From NCBI GenBank assembly GCA_964019335.1, contig OZ025674.1:434001-498000 (forward strand): a DNA stretch of 64,000 nucleotides, in the 5' to 3' direction. A program made the position numbers and the translations under genes. The notes under the pieces are model-generated. The model did no database searches. It saw only the letters and a program-made list of their open reading frames with translations, and was not told the origin of the DNA. Origin of the DNA: Diplonema japonicum. Its lineage: Eukaryota; Protista; Euglenozoa: Diplonemea. Shown piece by piece: positions 35,148 to 44,773 of the stretch; within the stretch, counting starts at the first letter, position 1, and the number at the start of each line of letters is the position of its first letter.

Positions 35148-35747
35148 GTTTTACTTTTGACACTCGATGGCTAAAAGCTCTTTTTTTTTTTTTTTTTTAA
35201 ATATATACTTGTTTACTTGTTCCACTTTCACCCGTTCTTGCTAAAGAACGTGACGTGTATTTTGCTATTATTTTTTAATTGTACCCTAAGAACTTCGAAC
35301 CCCCCCCCCCCCCCCCCCCCGAGAGTAAAAAGACCTCAATGTGCCACTATTAAACTTGAGTAATCAGGTTTTGTTTTTCGCGGTCCTACTCAAGGAAACC
35401 AGGGGGGGGGGTTTTTTTTCTTTCTTTCTTTTTTTTCTTTCTATTTTATTTTTTATGGTAACAGAAACCAAAAGAAAAAAAGAAAAGAAAAAAAAAGAAG
35501 AACCAAAGTCAATTTTGGGCAGCCTTTACAGATAATATTTACAAGCTTTTCTTGCCTTTTTTTTCTTCTTCTCTCTCTTCTCAATCTACTTCTGCGACCG
35601 AAGAAAAGTGTTTAATCAAGTAAAAGCAGCTCAAGCAAGTTTTCTGTTAAACCTTTCGCGAGGCAAGAGAGGGGGGGGGGGGGGACATTTTTTTAGTTGG
35701 GTTTAGTTGCAAATCTATGAGTCAAAATCAAAAAAAAACCTATTAGT

Positions 35748-35797
<50 letters not shown>

Positions 35798-35933
35798 ATG
35801 CGCTACAGCGCAAGGCCGCTTATCATCTTAAAATTATGACGGGAAAGAGTTGGTGGTGACCACCCAAAGAAGAAAAAAAAACTCTTAAAACTTAATCTTT
35901 ATGCAGCGGTTCTTTTTTTTTTTTTTTTAATTT

Positions 35934-36184
35934 CCAGGTGGTGGGGATAACACGGAAATATAAAGAAGTACATCCACTCATCACCGGTAGCACCTAGTGG
36001 AAAAATGGATGGTGTCGAACGAAGAGTGCAGAATCTTGGTTACCCGGGGCACCCGGCTGGGGCTGAGCTGCACACCCACACGATGTGGAATGCAGAAGAA
36101 GCTACAGCTCGGCCGAGGTGCGATCCCTGCGCCACCAACGCTGGCCTCTATTATAATAAATATCGAGTTTTTTTTTTTTTTTTT
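35934..36184 (+). repeat. Retroposon 3' fragment, tail family B
   Basis: Shares ggtggggataaca.., gagtgcagaatcttggttacccgggg and ccaacgctggcctc with 47642-47790; poly-T on both sides. Confidence 0.65.
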
Positions 36185-36431
36185 CTCTGCTTACGTTTTT
36201 TTAAATATTTTTTTTTTTGGCTTTTTTTATGTGGCACTAAGTGAACCCCAAGCCGAGAGAAAATAAAGCAACAAAAACAAAAAAAAACAAAATACAAAAA
36301 AAAAAAAGAAGATGAATATGGTTTGAACGCGATTCATGAGTTTTCTTTAAATGTCTTTCCTTTTTTTTTCTTCTCTGTTTTCTCCCCCCGATGCATTATT
36401 ATCAAAGGAAAGGGTGTGGGAGCATAGTGTA

Positions 36432-36793
36432 ATGTTAAGAGCCCAACGTGTACTTCTGAATGTCCCAGTCACTGTGTACAGAGTACTGAGGTATGATTAC
36501 GTGCCAGATGTGCTGGTATGTGATTATGATTTCTGGTTGTAAATATTTACGTTTTTCGCCAGGAGAAGAGGCCCGCCTTTCGCCCGGCCCATCTTGACTA
36601 CATTGCAAAGTATAAGGAGAAAGGGATGGTGCGCATGGGAGGGGCTCTTGACCCCGCCAGCGACGGTGCAATGATCATCCTTAAGGCTGACAAAGCAGAT
36701 GCGGAAAAATTCGCCAAGGAGGACCCTTACGTCGTTAATGGACTTGTGACGAAATGGTCGCTGCAGGACTGGAACGTAGTTGTAGAGGCGTGA
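36432..36793 (+). CDS. YciI/YCII-related small protein, probably mitochondrial; intron 36516-36562
   Basis: Spliced product MLRAQRVLLN..VLRYDYVPDVL|EKRPAFRPAHLDY..MGGALDP..GAMII..AEKFAKEDPYVVNGLVTKW carries the YciI RxxH and DPY motifs; MLR-type presequence. Confidence 0.88.
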
Positions 36794-36965
36794 GTTTTTT
36801 TTCATGGGGAAAAGAAGAAGGAAAAAAAAAAAAAAAAAACGTTTTTTTTAATAACATCGGGTTTTTATAACCTCCGTTGTTCCCCCCCCCCTCTTTTTTT
36901 CCCTAACTCCACCGTCGGTCGGGGCAAACACAAAAAAAAAAGAAAGAAAAGGGGGGGGAAAAAAA

Positions 36966-39683
36966 ATGCCGCTGATACCCATAAAATGGGCGACCACCTT
37001 CATGACGTGTGCCTGCACGCTGCTTGCAGTGGGCATCGCGATGATTGTCTCGATACTGGCGACCGACAAGGCGTTGGACGATGTGAAGTCCAGCCAGGAT
37101 GCGAACGTGGCGAACTGCTTCCAGTCAGGTGAGACAAACCTGGTGGAGATCACAGACGACAAGATCAAACTCCTCGCGACAAAAGTTGAGCTCTCTGTGC
37201 AGTCCCAGCTCAACGAAGCACGGCTCATCAACCAGGTGATGATGGGCCTTGGGATGACGATAAATGACCCTTCTGACGATTACCAAGTGCGGGCAGTGGA
37301 GTCCTCCATCGTGAAGATGTGGGACTCTAGCATCATTTCAATCTTGGGTTTCATGGCGCCAGCAGCCACCTACGTGCTCGTTGAAAATTCCCTGTCTTAT
37401 GAGGTAAATGCAGAGCTCAGTTTCCGGCATGAGAACTCCACCAACTACCTTATTTACAACGAGTCGACGGCTCTGAAGGCAACGGTTGGAATGATCGACC
37501 ATTTAGAGGGCACCTACAGCTCCAACACCTGCAACATCACGGAGTGCCTCCTGAAGTGGACTGGGGAAGTCGCCTCCGGGCCTTGCCCCCTCTCCTTTTT
37601 CAACCCCTATGATATCCCTGTTGCGAAAGATGCCCAGTCCCAGACCATGAACACCGCTAAATGGAGCAAGGTCATCTCATTCTCTACCTACGTCGGTACC
37701 ATCATCACATCACGGTTCAGCCGCGACCCCTCCAGCCCTGCCCACTCCCTCATTGGCATTGTCGGCTTCGACCTCAAGTCTATCACTTCATACCTCAGAA
37801 GGATCGTCTCCCCAGCAGGTGATGAGCGGTTCTTCCTTGTCGTTGGCGGCAAGAGTGACCAGTCGGGCCTCTTGCTCGGAGCCTCGCACGGGTCGTGGTA
37901 CACCTACGAGCTGGGCACCGATCCCATCATCCCCTCACGCACCATCGAGCTGAAGACGTCCAGGCACTGCACCAACTCGACCGACAGTGTGATCCAAGGC
38001 GTGTCGCAGTGGCTTTACGCACAAGTGTCCCTTGGTGACGACCCTTTCGTGGCTCAGGAGCTACGACAGAAAAACGAATCGCAGGTCGTTGCAGTAGAAG
38101 GTAACGAGCACTACCTACAGTTGGCCGAGCTGAAGGATGAGTACGGTCTTGAGTGGTGGGTTGCTGTGGTTGTGGAAAAGGCATCTGTTGTGGGTGCGAC
38201 ACGCGAGAGGAGGAACACAGCTGTGGCAGCGATCGCGACGTCGAACAGCAAAGTGGACAGCGACATGTCAGACAACAGGGTGGTGCTGATCTGTGTGGTG
38301 TGTGGATTGACATTGGTGCTCATGCTTGTCACTGCTGTGGTCACCACGAACCTCACGAAGCCACTAGGTGTGCTGAGCGACGAGATGTGGGACGTGGCAG
38401 AGCTGCGGCTGGACGACGTTGATGAGAAGGCGAAGCAATCCTCCTTATTGGAGGTGAACAGCATGCAGCGCTCCTTCCTGATGATGCTTCACGCCCTTCG
38501 TGAGTACAGGCAGTTCATGCCTCAGGCAGTGGCCGACATCGACGCCTCGGACTCTGATGCCAACGATGACGACAAAACCTCGCGACGCAGCTCTGACTGC
38601 ACCAGCTACCTGCACAGCTCGTCTGGCGTGCTTTCGGACCCTACAATGACTCACGCAGGCCACACAACAGGGTCACGAGTGAAGAAAAACTTCCATAGCG
38701 CCTTGGCCTTGGCCATGACACGCAAGAAGGCAGTGACTATGGTGGCTGTCGAGAACCCTGACTTCGAGCGATTTGTGTACGAGAGGAGGGGGGACGGTTC
38801 CTCCATCGTGGAGTACCACTCGCAGTGGCTGCAGAGGTGCATCTCTGACGTGAAGCAACTGCGCGGCACCGTGGAGCGCTTCATAGGCGACCACATCGAC
38901 ATCAACTTCGGCGGCACAGTCCCTTGCCCCACCCCGAGCATGAAGGCAGCTGAGTACGCAGTGCGCTTGCGGGAAGCCATGGCGCCCTTAGACGTGAGGG
39001 GCGTGAGCGAGAGGACCTCATTCCAGCACTCGGAACTTGTGATGCTTGTCGGGATGTCGACTGGGGTGTGCTACGCGGGTAACTTGGGGTGCTTTGGGAT
39101 GAAGGCACCAGCGACACTGGGGAGGGCCTTCATGATGGCGAAGGACATGCTGTTCGTGGCAAGGGATGTCGGGGTGGACATCGTGATGGACGCGAAGTGT
39201 GCCGACGAGCTGAAGGGGATGTTCACAACAACAGTGGTGGAGATCTTGAAAGTAGAAAACAGAGGGAAGATGCTGTGCTCTTACCTGAACGGTCTGAAGA
39301 AGGACGTTGGCGGGGAATGGATGTACACGATGAGGGATGAGAGTGAGGTACAGTTCGATGCTGCATGGACGCACGTACTTGCTGGGGAGGTGGCCAAGGG
39401 ATTGAGCGAGCTGCAAATGATCACTCCAGCACACCCTGTTCTGAGCCTTGTAATCTCCCGCCTTTCTATTTTTTGCGAAATGGTAGAAAAGGTAACAGGG
39501 AAGCCCCCCACCGACTACTACCGCTGCATTGCACAGAGGGCCGTCAATGGTGTCCTCGCTGAGCAGTACCTCCCGGCACCGAGGCTTGTCATGTCAAGCA
39601 GACAGCGGCCAAGAACACCAATGTCAGGGATCATATCTGACTCTGGGGGTGCTGTCTCGCCATCCTTCCTAGGCACTTCGTAG
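36966..39683 (+). CDS. Receptor-type cyclase-like protein, copy 2
   Basis: Same architecture; long tracts identical to copies 1 and 3. Confidence 0.88.
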   Translation: MPLIPIKWATTFMTCACTLLAVGIAMIVSILATDKALDDVKSSQDANVANCFQSGETNLVEITDDKIKLLATKVELSVQSQLNEARLINQVMMGLGMTINDPSDDYQVRAVESSIVKMWDSSIISILGFMAPAATYVLVENSLSYEVNAELSFRHENSTNYLIYNESTALKATVGMIDHLEGTYSSNTCNITECLLKWTGEVASGPCPLSFFNPYDIPVAKDAQSQTMNTAKWSKVISFSTYVGTIITSRFSRDPSSPAHSLIGIVGFDLKSITSYLRRIVSPAGDERFFLVVGGKSDQSGLLLGASHGSWYTYELGTDPIIPSRTIELKTSRHCTNSTDSVIQGVSQWLYAQVSLGDDPFVAQELRQKNESQVVAVEGNEHYLQLAELKDEYGLEWWVAVVVEKASVVGATRERRNTAVAAIATSNSKVDSDMSDNRVVLICVVCGLTLVLMLVTAVVTTNLTKPLGVLSDEMWDVAELRLDDVDEKAKQSSLLEVNSMQRSFLMMLHALREYRQFMPQAVADIDASDSDANDDDKTSRRSSDCTSYLHSSSGVLSDPTMTHAGHTTGSRVKKNFHSALALAMTRKKAVTMVAVENPDFERFVYERRGDGSSIVEYHSQWLQRCISDVKQLRGTVERFIGDHIDINFGGTVPCPTPSMKAAEYAVRLREAMAPLDVRGVSERTSFQHSELVMLVGMSTGVCYAGNLGCFGMKAPATLGRAFMMAKDMLFVARDVGVDIVMDAKCADELKGMFTTTVVEILKVENRGKMLCSYLNGLKKDVGGEWMYTMRDESEVQFDAAWTHVLAGEVAKGLSELQMITPAHPVLSLVISRLSIFCEMVEKVTGKPPTDYYRCIAQRAVNGVLAEQYLPAPRLVMSSRQRPRTPMSGIISDSGGAVSPSFLGTS

Positions 39684-40040
39684 GGCTAAAAGGTTTTTAT
39701 TTTTTATTTTTTTCCATTTATCTTTTGCGCAAGCAAATTAAGCGCCAAATTAGTTTTCTTTTTATTGAGACATGGCACTCTATTGTCCCGCCGAATCATT
39801 GGGTTACAAGGGATGGTGTTTCATGCAGTTATGGTTTTTTTTTCTTCTTCTTCCCCCCTTTTTTTGCTTTTGGCGCTCTTGTACTTTGAATCACCGCTTT
39901 TTTGTAGTTTTTTTTATGAAAAGGAGAAAACCTACTTCTTAAAAAAAAAGAACGATACAATAAAAAAAAAAAGAACGTTCGGCAAAAAAGATATTCTTGT
40001 TGCAACGAGTCGCCCCCCCCCCCCCCCCCCCCCCCCAGGG

Positions 40041-40195
40041 CGATGTTGGCAAGAAACGGGGAAACCGTTTCCGTTTCCGTTTCCTTATTTCAGATACTTA
40101 AGGAAACGGCCCCAAAATAAGGAGACGTTTCCGTTTCCCTATTTTCAAAAAAAAAAAAAAGAATCTTGGAAACGCGTTTCCTTGCCAACACATAG
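40041..40195. mobile_element. MITE family A, inverted copy within a poly-C tract
   Basis: cgatgttggcaag...cttgccaacacatag with GTTTCC repeats; reverse-complement homolog of 58538-58684. Confidence 0.8.
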
Positions 40196-40279
40196 CCCCC
40201 CCCCCCCTTCCCTATTTTTCACTATACCACTCACAGTTTCAAAAAAAAAGTTTTTTAATAAAAGTATTTTAAATTGTAA

Positions 40280-40578
40280 TGAGAAGTGCTCAGAGAACCT
40301 TCTTAAAGAGACGTGTGCAATGTGCTTTCTTTCAAAGCATTTTGTTTAAACAAAAAGGGAAACGTTGGCAACGTGTGTGCACAAACGACGGCCAGTTCCT
40401 CTCCTCCTTTGAAGGGTACACTTTCCAGAACTCTTCTCTTCTTTTTGCTGCAGTTTAGCATACCTGTATGGTCAGTTTTTGCACGCTATTTTGTCAACAG
40501 TGATGTGGGGCGAAATGTAGTTTCGTTTTTTCCCCCTTTGTGTGTTTTTTTTTTTAATTTAATTCTGAGCAGCTCTCT
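40280..40578. repeat. Dispersed repeat with imperfect TIRs, related to 41650-41905
   Basis: gagaagtgctcaga / tctgagcagctctc ends; aaacaaaaaggg..aacgttggcaacgtgt and caaac.acggccagttcctct shared with 41817-41905. Confidence 0.5.
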
Positions 40579-40598
40579 TAAGAATTTAGGCTAGAAGA

Positions 40599-41083
40599 TA
40601 TAAATCAGGTTTCACTTTATTTCACAGACCTGGGCGTGAAATAAAGTATCTGATTTTTTTTTCCTCATGTTTAAGCCGAACGTTGCTGGGCGTGAAAATC
40701 AGGTACTTTATTTCACCCCCGCAGTCATTTTCTAGAAAAATGGGAAGAAAACCGAAGGCGACCGGGAAGCGATGGAAGACACGCTTCCAACGGCAAGCAA
40801 AATGGCCTACAAGAAGGAGTGGGAGAGGTTTTGCACCTACCACTCGATCAAACCCAATAGAAAAACACGGCCAACTGGCCATCAAGCAGGCAGCAGCGAA
40901 GCCACACCCAGCACCCAAATTCTTTGCGAGAGCAGCTCATCATTAAATAAAATGTAGTATAAAATAAAGAATAAAATCAGAGCATGATTTCACTTGTGGG
41001 GTCCCCTTTTTGACGAGTGATTTACTTCACTCGCTTCGCTCGTGAAGTAAAAAAACAAGATCTGATTTTCATTTAATAAATAG
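40599..41083 (+). mobile_element. Crypton-like dispersed repeat, copy 2
   Basis: TTCACTCGCTTCGCTCGTGAA and ATTTAATAAATAG end; internal MGRKPKA start resembles MGKKPKA in copy 3. Confidence 0.55.
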
Positions 41084-41649
41084 CTATTTTTTTTTTCTTC
41101 AAAAAGCCAGCTAGCAAAAGCTAGCAAAACAACAAACGAACGTATCGAGCTGTACTGCAATACAGGAGCATAGAGGATGACTCTATCTAATTTTTACTGG
41201 GGAAGAAAAAAAAAAGAAAAAATAAAAAAAAGTGAATCGTAGAACTTTCCATGTAGAATTCCTCCTCAGCCCCCTTTAGACTCAGCTTTGATGCGTACCT
41301 CTCTCTCTCTCCCTTTCTCTTGCTTCTGCATCTCTTCTGATTCACTTCACCAATAGTTGTAGCCATCTTTCTATTTTCGCGAACCCGTGACCAAGGCCCT
41401 CCTGGCTTTACAGGGCACCCTTGGCGCTATGTTATGCTGCTTGCTTGCTTGCTTGCTAGGGTGATGCAAGCGTTGGAATTCCTGAAGATCGTGAGTTTTT
41501 AGGGACATGCGGCGTTTTAAACACTATGTTTTCTTTGCTTAGGTTGAGAACCATTTTAATTTTTTTTTAAAGGTAGAAATGACTTTGGGTTTGCTGTTCC
41601 CCTCCCCCTTTTTTTTTCCTTCTATTTGTGTGTGATTTGTAATGTATAA

Positions 41650-41905
41650 AAGCCACATGTACGCACTTTGGTGAAAGAATCACTCGAATCTGGGGTATTT
41701 TTGCCCCGGAGGTTTTCTTCGAAAAAGTAAGATTTGTCTGCCAAAGACAGGTGTAGGTGTGCCGCGCGTTGCTTTTTTGTTAATTTTTTTTGCAAGAACG
41801 AGTCTTTGACTTGTCTAAACAAAAGGGGAACGTTGGCAACGTGTTTCGGGTTGACAAACTTCTCCAGGTTTTACCCGGCACGTACAAACAACGGCCAGTT
41901 CCTCT
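41650..41905. repeat. Dispersed repeat family (also ~59610-59855 and weakly ~12535-12610)
   Basis: ctttg.cttgtctaaacaaaagggg and cttctccag..tt.taccc shared between copies. Confidence 0.55.
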
Positions 41906-42351
41906 TTAAATTTCTTTTTGTTCCGTTTTATCTGGAACAAGGCCTCTGTATGAGTGTCACAGGCGAAATGATTCTCCCCCGCTCAACTGGGGGAGAAGGG
42001 AAAAATTAATTTCCCTCCTCCCCCACTTTGAGATTTAATATAAAAGAAAAAGAGTTTTTTTAATCCTGGTCCGGTCAGTAGTGCAGGAACTCCCCCCCCC
42101 CCCCCCCCCTCCTTTTTCTATAGAGCTAGGTAAGTAGTTTTATGCCATCTATGCCATCCTTGTGAATTGAGTCACTCGCTGCTGTCGTGGGGTGCAATTC
42201 CTTCTACAGTACTTGGGCCGAGTTGTCCTAATGACCATCTCATCATTTTTAGAAGTGAGTGAAGAACAAATGAAGGATAATAGCTATTTACTGCCAACAA
42301 GTAATGACTTTACCGTTACCTCGTCGGTAAAGCACCACTTGGCGGTAGGTA

Positions 42352-42880
42352 AGTGGTTTTATTTCACGACACTCTGAAATTACTTCACCACGAGGGGCAC
42401 AGGGGTGAAAAGGGGTACAACAAGAGAGGGTTACAAAAGTTATAATACAAGTTGTTGACTAAGAGCTGCCGCTGTGGCTGGCATTGCACCTGGCGCGGCC
42501 ACTCGCTCCTCACTTTCTGCTGCTTCGATATTTTGAAGTCTTTTGGGGAGCTTGGGTAAGCTGACTAAGTTACTCTTACCCACAGAAGAGTTACCCCCAG
42601 AAACTGGGAACAAGGCCTAGCCAAACGTGGGCGAATTGGGAGGAAAAAGTAGTCCAACTTGGAACTGAGCCGAGGCAAAAGTTGGCCAATTGAGCTGAAC
42701 GGGGGAAATTGACAAACCGGAGTAAAAAGTAGCCCCAAAAAATGGCCTACCGAGGCATATTATTTACCGGAAACCCCTATTACTTCACGGAAAACAGGCC
42801 ATTATTTCACCGTGAAGTAATGAGATTTAATGGGCCCCCCAGTGCGTGAAGTAATTTCTGAAGAGTGAAATCAAATAAAA
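42352..42880. repeat. Element with imperfect ~35-nt inverted ends (TTCAC/GTGAA type)
   Basis: atttcac..gaaattacttcac..gggg versus cccc..gtgaagtaatttc..gtgaaat. Confidence 0.45.
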
Positions 42881-43231
42881 TAAAAGAAAATGTACTATAA
42901 ATTGACACAATTAAGTGACGACTACCCAATTCTTTTTTTTTTTTTCCTTTTTTTTTTCTTCGAAGTCTTGCTTTAAAAAAAAAAATCAGTAGAAAAAAGG
43001 GAAAAAAAAAAAAAAAGAAACCTGTTCGTTCTGACAAAGGCATGGAAACATGTCTATATGTCTATGTGATAAAATTATTTTAAATACACGAACTTACGTT
43101 GAGGTCGATCCCTTACCTATTTCGTCTACAAGACATGGAATCTTTTTTTTTTTTTTTTGCCTTTGAAATACCTAGTACTGGCCATACCCTCCCCCCACCC
43201 CTTTAGTTTTTTTTTTTTTTTTTTTTTTTTT

Positions 43232-43749
43232 TATAACTCCAGTCAGATTTTCAAGGGTGGGAGTGAATTTAATATTTCACTTTATTTTCACGGCAGATTT
43301 CAGGCTTGTTTTAGGAAGAAAACAGGGGGCAGGAATGAAAATTACTTTATGAGTGAATATAACACTACTTTATATTCACGCTAGCCCAATTTTTAGCAAA
43401 CCGAAAGGGATGGGTAAGAAGCCAAAAGCAGGTGCGGCAAGGAGGTGAAGGTGGTGATGAATACTTCCCTCAACACAACAAAAATCAAGAAGCTTGTACT
43501 GGAGCAGCCTCAGTAACCCAGATCGCAGCCCTACAAGTCAAGACCGAGTTCCTGTCAGCACCCATGAACGTACAACCCATACACAGAATATGCCTGGACA
43601 CCTAGTAAAATTTGCAGCTTGTAACCTATAATACCCCACCCTTTCAAATCTGACTTGTGGTGGCATCGTGAAGTCATATACCCACTCGTTTAACCACTGC
43701 CACCACGCGTGAAAATCATACGATCTTATTTTCACTAAATAATAAATAG
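43232..43749 (+). mobile_element. Crypton-like dispersed repeat, copy 3
   Basis: tttcactttattttcac start, MGKKPKA, and cgtgaaaatc...aataaatag end. Confidence 0.5.
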
Positions 43750-44303
43750 TTATTTTTTTTCCCGTGTTGGGAATAAGTGATTCAAGAGAGCGAATAAGGA
43801 CCCGAAAACTAAAAGCTACTACCGAGGGGGATGAGGGGGATAACTTCCGTCTGCCAGCTTTTCGTAGGGAAAAAAAAAAAAAAAAAAAAGAAACCGCAAA
43901 CCCGGAGTTTTTTTTTTTTTTTTTTTTTTCCCTCCCCTTCCATCTCTTAGACTCAAAGAATACTTTTCCCCAAAGGTTTTCTTCCCCCCCTTTTTTTTTA
44001 ATGTCTGTTCTGTATTAATCAACTAAGTATCGACCCGAAAGAATAAAGCTGAAAAAAGCAACATGAGAAAAGTTGAAAAAAGAAAAAGAAAAGAAGGGAC
44101 ATCTCCCCGCCCTTTACTACTATATAGTCTCTTCTTCTTCTTCTTTCTTCAATACCCGGTCTCTATACCACATGCATGTTCTTGGCATTTGACGCCCTTG
44201 TTATCCACCGAATAAAGCGGGGATACCAGTTCTGGCTAAGTCCCAAAATGCCCCCCCCCCCCAAGGCTATCGAGACCCACCTTCTCCCCCCCCCTTTTTT
44301 TTT

Positions 44304-44710
44304 AGGCGACGGCGGGGAAGTGGGCAAGGTGGAGGACCTGGGCGTCAAGGCAAGGAGGCTGAGGTATGTGCTGAGACGTGTCCAGGACCTGTACCACGCT
44401 GATGGCAGAAGGACGGCGTTCCCAGCAGCGCGAGTGGATCGTGTCAACTCCTTGCGCTGTATAGGAGGACCGACCACACACGGGTATGACAGGAGGCCAG
44501 TACTCCCGGAGCGAACCATGAGCAGCATCGAAGGCTTGCGTGACGCGTACCTGTCGCAGACCCCGACAAGGCTGCCCCGCAGTTTTACCACCGCAGTAGG
44601 AACCCGCCAGAGCCCCCAGAACGGGGACAACGGGGACTAAGAACAGCGCGGCCGGTGAGCGCAAAAACGCATACCTTAAAAGAATAGTTTTTTTTTTTTT
44701 TTTTTTTTTT
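44304..44710 (+). mobile_element. 5'-truncated copy of a diverged sister LINE family, between T9 and T23
   Basis: KARRLRYVLRRVQD..FPAA..NSLRCIGG..GYDRRPVL aligns with KARSFHGLLERIQE..FPAE..HALRTIGA..GWNRRPVF at the end of the RT ORF. Confidence 0.8.
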
Positions 44711-44773
44711 GCGTGTTGAAAAAACTGTCATATAAATTCTCAGGGTGAAGGTGGATTTAAAAAAAAAAAAAAA

